Shown piece after piece: positions 28,701 to 40,700 of a stretch of 64,000 bases of DNA (position 1 is the stretch's first letter; the number at the start of each line of letters is the position of its first letter). Below the pieces are notes generated by a model. The model was given only the letters and a program-made list of their open reading frames with translations. It was not told where the DNA came from and did not search any database. Position numbers and translations under genes: made by a program. This stretch comes from Bispira polyomma (lineage: Eukaryota): assembly GCA_965649765.1 (NCBI GenBank), contig OZ287753.1:69812001-69876000 (forward strand), read 5' to 3'.

Positions 28701-31700
28701 TCATATGTTACACGTGTTAAATCACAAACAAAACAGGTCAAATACTATTACCACTGTACATCAATACTGCAACAAAAACATGTAGAAACAATGGCATATT
28801 ACTTAGTGTTGGTTGAACAGGATTAAAAGGTTTATGTGCAGGTTAATATCACAGATGTTAGTCTGCATCTATGTACAAAAGCCAAGTTCTGGGTTTGTGT
28901 AAACAGAAAGCCTATCCACATCACAAAGGGAGCGGTTAGTGCTCCCTTAGTCGAAACAATTCTACCTCCGCAGCATTTGCTGATGCTTGTTCAAGGTGTG
29001 CTAGTTCCTCCCCAGATGGCAGCAATAGTGCAGGATTGGTCAATGCGTCATTGGCCTCGCTCAGCTATATATATACATAGGGAGATTTTACAGATTACTC
29101 AAGGTGAGTAGACAAGCTACATCAACATACATATACAATTGTATGAACTATCTATAAGCAGAGTAGAGCAGAATAACATTCCAATGAGAATTTGTTCCTG
29201 AGATATAATCGAGATAAGTTAAGGAATGGATCATAACGTCTAGGTAAAGCCTCATTGTTGAGTCAATGTATCCTTCCTCAAAGTCAAACCATCTTGAACC
29301 AATAGCATCAGGTATGCCGAAATCCAATAGCATTTGGGGCGAAATAGTCCAACAATGAATAATTGAACGGGTAATCATCTGAATTTCCTACTGTATTTCT
29401 GTTAAAAAATCTAGGTAGGTGCATAAACATATAAACTGGAAATATATATGCTCAGGATGCCGTGGATCTACAGCCTCTAACAATATGGTGACATAATTTG
29501 AATTTCCTGTGGGAAGTAATTACTGAGATATAGTCCTTGAAGGATTCTTAGCGTCAACCACATTACTCCAAGGTCAAAAGAAGGTCAGACCATGATTTGG
29601 CATATGTACATGCCCTAACAAATATTTTAACCCCCAAAAGTGACGATCCAGAATAAGAATTAGTTTCTAAGATAATAATTCAGACAAGATTTTAAAGGAA
29701 TGGGTCATAACTTCAAAGTCAAAAGTCAAATTAAGGTCAAAACAACCTATCACACGTCTCTCACCAGCACACTCACCCGGTCACTCGACCGACATAGTCA
29801 CTCACCTGGTCAATATGACCGAATCTCACACGGTTACTCACCTGGTCAATCTGACTGAGTCACTTACCTGGTTACTCAATCAATCACTTTAGTTCTCACT
29901 TAGACTCTAGTGCGCACTCAATACTTTACTCACTCACTCACACCTGGTCACTGACCTGGTCAATTATACTGAATCTCTCATTCGGTCAGAGACCTGGTCA
30001 ACCTGACTGAGTCTCTCATTCAGTCACTCACCTGGTCAATCTGACTGAGGCTCTCATTCGGTCAATCACCTGGTCAATCTGACTGAGTCTCACATTAGGT
30101 CACTCACCTGGTCAATCTGAATGACTCTCATTCGGTCACTCACCTGGTCAATCTGACTGAGTCTCTCTGCAGTCTCCACCTCGTCCAGGTAAGTGATGAT
30201 GTTCTTCATCTTCTCATCAATCAGGACTCCACTCCTGGCCAGGTTGTCCTTGTCTAACCTCTCCAGCTTTTCAGACGTCAGGTAGGCGTCCTTGTCCTCT
30301 GACTCGGTCTTCTCAAGATCATCCACTGACATATATAAAACAATGACATAGACACATACACACAATATTACATCACAGTTCATATTATCCAAGACTTATA
30401 ACTTCAGAATGTACGTTCATGTAATCTTGAATTATTCAGTTTAGGTTTCAACAGCTTAGGTCAAATCGTCAGATTTAATGGTGGGAGAAATCAGTGCTGT
30501 AAACCACTGATATGTAGCAAGTAGACACACTCCAGATATTTCAGTTGAGAAAAGTTGAAAAACATTGCTTTGGAAATCACTACAGTAAAATTGCAGGTGT
30601 GACCTCTTATTATGCGAACATGTTGGTAGAACAAGATTATATTCAGATAGAAGAATTTGAATTTTGAATTTGGATATTTAACGTCCATTCTAGTACCTAC
30701 TCTAGTAGGTTATATTGGGACGGGTAGTTGCAAACGCTGGAGGAAACACTGCATACAGTCGGTCAAGGTTCTGCAGAGAAACCAGCGGCCCACAGTAAGG
30801 ACCTACCACCTTTCCCACATAGGCATCGAGGGGATTCGAACTCACGCCACCCAGAGGTGAGAGACCAGTGATTGTGAAGAGCAATGCTTGCTAACCACTA
30901 GGCCACCGCGGCCTCATGCAGATAGAAGAGGGTTCATAAAATAGATGAGGCATTTTGGTATAAACCCACAGGAAAATATTATTACTGGAATTAAATTCAA
31001 CTATTTGGATAATAGATGGTATACTGCAATACTGTAAAACCTCTGTTATCCAAATATGCTGAGATGAGAGAGATTTTGTTCGGATGATAAAAGGTTCATG
31101 AAACATAAAATGTTATTTTAGTATAAAACAATAAGAAAAGAATAATTTTTATAAAATAATTCATAAAATTTAATATTTGGATAATAATAATAATTTGGAT
31201 AACAGAGGTTCTAATGCAAAAATGTGTCTGGACGCCAGATTTCTGTCTCCATTTACTCACACCATGCCAGTGGTTTCTGGTTCCTGTTTGCGGCTTCCCG
31301 TGCTGAGAACTTCACCAAGGTGTCTTCCTCCTCTAGTTTCTTTAGTGTGGCCATCAGGTCGTCTATAGTGGTCTTTGTGCCCGTCTGACTGGACGCTGCA
31401 GGCGACCCCAGCTGAGGACGGCCAGACTCTACTACATCTCGGCTAGATGAAGGGGGCTGCTGCTGTTCTTCTGTCGGACTATCGCTATGGTAACCGTTGA
31501 CTTTGGGCTGTGATTCCTGTATGAATAGATTACGGTCAGCATTTGAGTTTACTAGAATAGCAACAGTAGAACCTCATTTATCCAAACTTAAAAATTAATT
31601 TTTCTGGAACAATCAATCTCTCATCTTTATATTTTCCTATAGTTTTACATCAAAATTCCTTTTTTATTTGATGAACATTCTATAACCCTACTTACCCACC

Positions 31701-34700
31701 AATTTCAGATACCAGATGTTCTGTGGCCGAAAAATCTGACTCAAGGTAAATTTATAAAGTCCAAATGTCTATTGCTAGGTTTAAAATAAGTGAAATCTGA
31801 CTGTAGATTTGATTTCAGTGCTGAAAGCTCTATTAAAATGAATGGTCACAAGTGTAGGTTATCTCAATATACAAGGACTTACCACATAGCATTCATTTGA
31901 ATTGAGACTGAGCTGGAGTTTCTTTAGCGAATATGGGCTCTGGTATACTTGGAATGTACAAGAGAACATTTACTTATTTTGCATTTTAATTTTTTTTCTC
32001 TTTCTTTAGTTAGGGGAATGAAAGTCACTGGTTAGGCGTACCAGAAAGGAAAGGATTAATTTGAACTTTGAATACCAGATAAAGGTATTTTAAATTTGAA
32101 TACAATATAGTCACCATTTTTACTATTTTTACAGTACAGTGTCCACTCACCAAGAGTTGTCCCCCTTTATTCCTTGGAGTATGTCTACTACTAGTGGCAG
32201 GACTTGGTCTCTGTGGAGACTCGTCACTGTCTGTGTCCCGCCGACAAGGCTTCTTGGCGTTACCTAAAATCATTGCTCGCTATTAGCATGGTTTTTCTCA
32301 CTGTAAACAACAGAAACTAGAGTACTGCTTTGCAAATGAAAGGAAATTGTTTTTGCAGAGCAAAAACAAAGCGTCCCAATAAGACATTGAGCAATTTTCT
32401 GCATATACCCTCCGAGCCCAAAATTCTGCCGAAATTGCTCTATCTGGCACCGTTTCCGAGATAAACGCAGAAATTCAAGTTGGCGGCCAAAAATGGGGAG
32501 AGAGCGATTTTTTTTATAAAAAAAAAAAAAAAAAATTCCAAAAAAAAAAAATTGACTTTTTTGAAAATTTCAAGTTTTTAAAAAAACATTTTGAAAATGT
32601 CAAAATTTGTCACCGTTTCTGAGATATTAAGGATTTTTTATTTCCTTTGTTGAGATTGAGGACTTTTTCAAAATTATAACTTTTTCAAAATTTTTATACC
32701 CTGTGGGCCCAAAATTCAGCCGAAATCACTCTATCTCTCACCGTTTCCGAGATATTAAGGATTTTTCGTTTTCTTTGTTAAGATGGAGGACTTCTTGCAA
32801 AAAAAAAAAATTTTAACATTTTTAAAAAAATTTTATACCCTGTGGGCCCAAAATTCAGCCGAAATCACTCTATCTCTCACCGTTTCTGAGATATTAAGGA
32901 TTTTTCATTTCCTTTGTTGAGTTTGAGGACTTTTGCAAAAATTTGAAAATTTTAACATTTTTAAAAAATTTTTATACCCTGTGGGCCCAAAATCCAGCCG
33001 AAATCACTCTACCTCGCACCGTTTCCGAGATATTAAGGAATTTTCGTTTTCTTTGTTAAGATGGAGGACTTTTGCAAAAAAAAAATTTTTAACATTTTTA
33101 AAAATTTTTTATACCCTTTGGGCCCAAAATTCAGCCCAAATCACTCTATCTCTCACCGTTTCTGAGATATTAAGGATTTTTCATTGCCTTTGTTAAGATT
33201 GAGGACTTTTGCAAAATTTTAACATTTTTAAAAAAATTTTATACCCTGTGGGCCCAAAATTCAGCCTAAATTACTCTGTCTCGCACCGTTTCTGAGATAT
33301 TAAAGATTTTTCATTTCTTTGTTGAGATTGAGGACTTTTGCAAAATTTTGAAAATTTTAACATTTTTAAAAAATATTATACCCTGTGGGCCCAAAATTCA
33401 GCCGAAATCACTCTATCTCGCACCGTTTCCGAGATATTAAGGATTTTTCATTTCCTTTGTTGAGATTGAGGACTTTTGCAAAAATTTGAAAAATTTTTTT
33501 TAAAAATATTTTATACCCTTTGGGCCCAAAATTCAGCCGAAATCACTCTATCTCGCACCGTTTCCGAGATATTAAGGATTTTTCATTTCCTTTGTTGAGA
33601 TTGAGGACTTTTGCAAAAATTTGAAAAATTTTTTTTAAAAATATTTTATACCCTTTGGGCCCAAAATTCAGCCGAAATCACTCTATCTCTCACTGTTTCG
33701 GAGATATTAAGGATTTTTCATTTCCTTTGTTGAGATTGAGGACTTTTGCAAAAATTTGAAAATTTTAACATTTTAAAAAAATTTTGGATACCCTGTGGGC
33801 CCAAAATTTTTGACATTTTTTTAATTTTTGGGCAAGCTGCTGAGTTTTAAATACACTGAGTATGCCCTCTGGGTCCAAAATTCAGCCGATATTAAGGATT
33901 TTCTTTGTTCTTTGTATTTTATTTTTAAAATTTAAAATTTTTAAAAATTTTTTACATTTTTAGACAAGTTGCTGAGTTTTCAGTATACTGAGTATACCCT
34001 TCAGGCCCAAAATTCAGCCGAAATCGCTCTATCTCGCACCGTTTCCGAGATATTAAGGATTTTTCATTTTCTTTGTTTCGAAAAATCGTAATGTTTAATT
34101 AATCGTTAATAAGTCGGCTATTTTGTATCGGATCACTTATCAAAGTTATCTAGTTCCGGACATCTATATAAGAAACCTACTTGTCAAATTTCGTGAGAAT
34201 AGGTACGGCGCTTTTTAAGTTATCATCCGGACAAGCACACCCTTTAAAAAACGTGTTTTGGGTCATGTGACTTCTCTGATTGGTCGAAATGTATTGACAC
34301 TATATTCAAAATTTTTTCCCAGGGCTACTGCATACATGTGCCAAATCTGAAGAGAATCCGCCCAGTGGTTGCTGAGCTATAGTCAATAGAAAAGGCGGCC
34401 CCTTCCGCGTGAATTGTCTCCTGTATACAAAACAAGGAAAATTTTTTTAGTCACGCATTTTCAATTGGCTGTAACTCAGCAACCACTGGATGGATTCTCT
34501 TCCAATTTGGCACATGTATCCAGTAGACCTTGGGCAAATTTTCAATACAGTGTCATTACATTTCGACCAATCAAATAAGTCTTATGACCAAAAATGCGTA
34601 AATTTACCTCCTATATACAAACAAGCGCCCTTATGGGATGCTTAATAACTAATTAATTCTACTGCTAGAATTCGATCCTGGGTTGTCATGGATCTTGAGA

Positions 34701-37700
34701 TTAATAGTCCAGTACACTAACAGTTGAGCTATAGGGCAAACCCCTGAAACCGAGTGTTAAATGTGTTGATCTACATTGATATTATATCACGAAAAATCTA
34801 GAATACAGCAAAACCTCCATATGGTGAACACTTAGCAGATGAAGCTAAAGTGTTACACATGTGCCATACAGGACCAGGAAAACGTGCTTGTTATGGAGAG
34901 GTATTTACTATTTATAAGTGATCACTATATCAGAGGATTTATTATACATTTGAACCCATTTAAGTCAAACCTCTTGCAATCAGGGGAAATATCTCTACTT
35001 AAACAGGATTTCCACTAAACAGGAAAGAATGTTTTTACAGGAAAAGGCGTTCATGGAACTACATTATTTCCTTTACACAAGAGGAAAATTGACTTAACAG
35101 AGTTCTACTTACAGGGTTTTCACTGTATGTTTGACAGGTTATATTTCAGCTATTTTCCGGGCATCACAACTTTGTTCAGATAACAAGAGGAGAATGGCCT
35201 GGCGGCCATATCATGATAATGCCACAACAAAGCAAGTAGTCTGAAAATAGTGACCCAGTCACTAGTTAGCAGTCGAAATTGACAAGGACAGTCGCTACAG
35301 GGTCGGTCTTCAGTGGGCTATAATACAAATTTAAAGATCAGAGAATGCTGTTTACGTTTTCGTCCTCATTTTATTTTTTCTAAATCCCCTAGCTAGGTTT
35401 GCTAGCAGCACTAGTGTCTATTAACAGGAAGCGTACGATAACAGGACGTTTGACGATAACAAATTCTATTGACCAACTTTCATGACCAAATCCGACTACG
35501 TGTTAATAGTCTTGTAGATGCGTGAGTTTTAACCATTTCTTTATGGGCTTATTTGACATTGAAAAGGATCGTTCTTGACAAAAATTGGAGCTGTATTTTA
35601 ATCTAGAGTTGTTAAATTATTATATCGAATATTATTTTGTAATGTAAGATATATAAATCACATGTAGTTATTGAAGAAAACAGCAAATATTGAATTTACA
35701 AGACCCTCGAATCAACAATACCGAATAAATATTAGAAAGATCAGAGAATTTTGCTTACGTTTTTGTCCTCATTTAATTTTTTTTTTCTAAATCCCAAAAT
35801 AAGAGAGCTGGTGTCCGTTAACAGGAAGCGTCTGCTAACTGGATTGTTTGAAGTTCATTTTAAAATCTTGCTTTTGAAAGTCATCTCGAGAGGAAATCCC
35901 CACTTTTTATATCATATATGTGTGCGTTATAGCAGTTAGAATGAAGTAGATAATATATATACTTCAAAATCAGTAAATAAGAAGCTTAAAACAAACAAAA
36001 CCATTTGTGATTATTGAAGTAATATATTATTAAATTTTTAGGATCCAACTGTCAATGTTTTAGTTTGAATCTTCTATTTTCAAAGACGGACATCTTTTGT
36101 AGCTGTTTCCGGAAATGATCAAAGAAAATGTCTCGATCGTTAGAAGGTTCCAGCAACTTTTTTGGGAGTATAAATTAAGAAAATGTATTGATCACATCAC
36201 TGCGCATGCGCAGAAGTTCACGTGACCTTACTACGTTTTTTCTACTCCCATTCACAAAAACTATCCATGAATGAACCAGCTGATGAGATCGTTCTAGAAA
36301 CCGAGAAACCGGAAATAGGCGGTGATAAACCCTCCAATCAAAGCTCACAATCCCTAAACAGAAAATGGATATTTCTGACTTATTTCTAGCTATATTAACA
36401 TCAAATTAAGAATGGACCGTCACTGAAACAGATTTCATATGTATGCCAAATATGAAAGCTGTAATCCTTGTGAGTTCTGAGATTACCCTGTCGACATAAA
36501 ATAACCATGGTTACCTTCTTTTTTTTCCACTATACCCCCCCCCCCCCCCCCACACCACTTCCCCCTCTTTCCATAGGAAAGCACGATTATGCCAATAAGC
36601 ATTGGCATAATCATGCAATAAAAGGATAATAAAAGGTTCATAGTATAGTAGAACCATTTTGGTATGAAATAATAGGAAAATGTAAATGGGGTAGAGTGTC
36701 TTCGTAAGATTGATTAATAGAAGTTTGGTCAAATAAGGTTCTAATGTACTTTTAAAAGTCTCTAATGGATACCTTTTTTGTCATTGCAAGTAAAATAAGA
36801 AGAAGATCTTTTGAGTTTGACTACACTTATGTAAATGCATTTTAATACATTTGCATATCTATTTGACAATACGACAGTAAAAATGTAAAATCAGTAAAAA
36901 CGGGTGTGCTATAGATTTTGGTATAAACAAATTTTAGTGCTCTCAGCACCTGATTAAAACCAACTTCTTATAAAATCTTCTTGCAAAATCTTATAACCTG
37001 TGTCAACATTGTCATGCTATACCTTTCTTCTTGCTAGCTCCACCACTGGACTTGTAAGAGGGCTGCTTCCCAACCTTGCCCGTTGCTTGCAAGAATTTAA
37101 TCTCCTCTTCTGCAAGACGTTTGTTTTCTAGGCGTTTCTCTTCTCGTTTCCGTTGGAGCTCCTGAATTCAACCAATAACAAACATCCATCAATGTTGATT
37201 TGCATAAACACAAGAGCTATCAATAACTAAGCACTTTTGATTTAAATTGGTCCTGGATTAGTGTGAAAACATTAAAACTTATTTTACATTGGTTTTATCA
37301 GTAAAAATACAACTACTTTCTATTAAATATACCTTATTTTTAAAAAACACATTATAATTCACGATTTCTTTGCTTATCAGTAAGGCTATTCATCTGTGCA
37401 TATCTGTATGACTTCCTGTCTGGCTCCCTCTACTCACCTGTATGACTCCCTTTACTCACCTGTATGACTCCCTCTACTTACTAGCATGGCTCCCTCTACT
37501 TACTAGTATGGCTCCCTCTACTCACTAGTATGGCTCCCTCTACTCACTAGTATGGCTCCCTCTACTTATGGCTCCCTCTACTTACTAGTATGGCTCCCTC
37601 TACTTACCAGAATGGCTCCCTCTACTCACCAGTATGGCTACCTCTACTAACCTGTATGGCTCCCTCTACTTACTAGTATGGCTCCATCTACTCACTAGTC

Positions 37701-40700
37701 TGGCTCCCTGTACTAACCTGTATGGCTCCCTCTACTAACCTGTATGGCTCCCCCTACTAACCTATATGGCTCCGCTTATTTACTAGTATTGCTCCCTCTA
37801 CTTACTAGTATGGCTCCGTCCACCAACCTGTATGGCTCCCTCTACTGACCTGTTTGGCTCCCTCTACTTGCCAGTATGGATCCCTCTACTTACTAGTATG
37901 GCTCCCTCTACTAACCTGTATGGCTCCCTCTAGTCACCTGTTTGGCTTCCTCTACTCACCTGTTTGGCTCCCTATACTCACCAGTATGGCTCTCTCTACT
38001 CACTAGTATGGCTCCCTCTATTTACTAGTATGGCTCCCTCTATTTACTAGTATGGCTCCCTCTACTCACCAGTATGGCCCCCTGTATTTACCAGTATGGC
38101 TCCCTCTACTAACCTGTATAGCATCCTGTCTGGCTGCCCGTGCTCTATCTTCCCTCACTCTTCGTCTCTGTTCCTCTACATCTATACTTTCTGCCACTTG
38201 CCGTTGTCTCCCCTCTTCAAACTCTTGCTTCTTATTCCCTAACATACGCTTCAAGGCGGCTTCCCCAGCCTTAGATCGACAGCAGTGTCTTCTAAATAGC
38301 ATACAACTAGTATTTAAGTATCTTTCTGTGTATGATTTGTATCTGTGATAGACAAGTCTCTATAAATATGATTTAAAACTTGTAATTGACTTTATTTTCT
38401 GTATATGGTTTATGGCAACTATTTAATATAGCTATTTTTGTAACCTACTGCTTTATTTTAAGATGTCTGAATCGGGTACTCAAGACACCAACCTAAGCAA
38501 AAATGCTTAACAAATATACAGTGTTATCCCCTCAAAAAATTTCCAAATGTTGCAATATTTTGATTCACATCCTCTTAAAGTTTACAACAAACCTGTTAAC
38601 ACATTAGCAAACAATATTTTTGTGTGTGCTATAAGTTTGTCTTTATTCATTCGTTGAGTTCCACTTAACCACAACAAATTAGCCCATATGAGAAATAGCC
38701 CATGTATGTTTCAAATGCTGACAGTAAAACTAGTGTATTATTATTTTTACCATGGTATTTTTAAAACTGTGTGGATAAACCCTTTGTTTTATAGTAAATG
38801 GAACATTGGTGAAACTTATAGTTAAATAAGTGTAAGACTAGTTGTGTGTGGGACTATAGGAACGATTTATGGTAGGCAGGAGATAGGTAAAAACCTTTAT
38901 CAGCCATACACTGTACTGTGCACAAGTGTAAACAAACATGTCAACCCCAGTAACAAGTAAAGTGAGGAAATTCGAGGAAGTAGACAAAAGCCCAGTGGCC
39001 AATTACATCTCCAGTGAAATGTTGTCCTTAATCAATACTTCCATAAAGAAAGCAGTTGACACTCTTAAAGAGGAAATTAAGGAATCAAATCATGACATTA
39101 TAGAGCCCCTCAGTAAACGGTTTGATAAACTAGAACAGGGTGTTTTCATTCAGTCCGTGAAGACCTTATCTAAACAGGTAGAATCCTTACAAAAAGAAAA
39201 TACTGACTTACGAAGAAGACTTCTCAAAAACGAAACCCACCAAAGAAAAAATAACCTCCATTTCTTTGGCATCCAAGAAAGTGCGCAAGAATATTGTGAA
39301 GGCATTCTCGTTAACTTGCTGAAACCCTTGATAAATTGTGTAAATGACAGAACATTCGAAAGGGTTCACAGAGTAGGACCGAAAATTCCAGGAAAAACAA
39401 GACCCATTCTAGCAAAAGTGCACCATTTTAAAGATAAGATAAAAATCACAAGCCTGCGCAACTTACAGTACAATGGAAGTAGGGTAACCACAGCAGATGA
39501 CTTTCCACTAGAACCAGATCAGAATAGAAGGCGTCTGTATCCCATATACAGAGCTGCACTGAAGCACCTACAGAACCCCTCAAACCCCAGACATAGACCT
39601 AACGTTAAATTAGTCGGGGATCTCCTGATACTTAATAGAGAAAAATTCACAGTTGAGGACATTGGGAAACTCCCATCTGTTCTTCAACCCGCTTCAATCT
39701 GCACGCCGTCTCAAAATCAAATCACAGCTTTCTTTGGTCGTGATAGCCCACTTTCAAACCACCACCCATGTAAGTTTAAAGTGAACGGCGAATTATTTAA
39801 CTGTATTGAACAATATCTGATGATAGAAAAGGCCAGAGTATTTGACGACCAAGAATCAGTGACCTTATTAGTACAGGAGCAAGACCCAGTTAAGCAGAAA
39901 AGACTAGGAAAACAGATACATGGATATAATGAGGGAGTGTGGTTGGAAAGGTCTGAAGAAATAGCATATAAAGGTTTGAAATCCAAATTCACCCAAAACG
40001 ATGCACTAGCAAAAGCACTTTTAAAACAGGAAGCACTGTTATCGCAGAGGCTAGCCCAACCGATAACTTTTGGGGATGTGGGTTCTCACTTCGAGACTCT
40101 GAACTGTGGGACCAGGCTAAATGGAAAGGCAAAAACATTATGAGGAAATTACTTATGAGAATTAGGGAGGAAATTAAAACCAACTAGACCTTTTACACTC
40201 ACAGAAAAAACTCTTTGAATAACTGATATGACAATAATGGTATTTATATATGTATAATGTATTTATGATAAACTAAAATTTATTATTTAAAAGTCTCCTT
40301 TTAATGTTAGATTATATATAATCCCAAAGGTGTGTATCACAAATGTAGACTCAATACAAATTATATAATGTATCTTTAAATGTGTAGATTTAATTAGACT
40401 AAAGCCTCTGTCCATTCTCCCACCTTGCAGACCTTTACTATCAACCCTAAAAGGGGTCAAATACACAGACTCCCTATGGTTATATATTTTTTATACAAAT
40501 CCCCAAGAACAAATCTCAATGGAAAGTGGGTTGCAAATACCAATAGGTTTTCTTTGTGTCACCCAATACACAAACAAGTACACATTTAATGATATTAAAA
40601 GTCACAGTGTGACTTTTTTGCACTTTTGGCAGTGTGTTTTGTGTGTTTTTAGTCTAGTTTGTAGGATATGCTGATGCATGTTTTATTCTTTCAAAAAGTA

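Noticed and set aside
32400-34080. Regularly spaced repeats that might suggest a CRISPR array
   Set aside because: Whole units repeat with no unique spacers, there are no cas genes, and the context is a eukaryotic intron.
35330-35850. Two diverged ~110-bp direct repeats about 400 bp apart, possibly LTR-like
   Set aside because: No TG...CA ends, PBS, PPT or TSD seen; probably internal repeats of a decayed DNA element.
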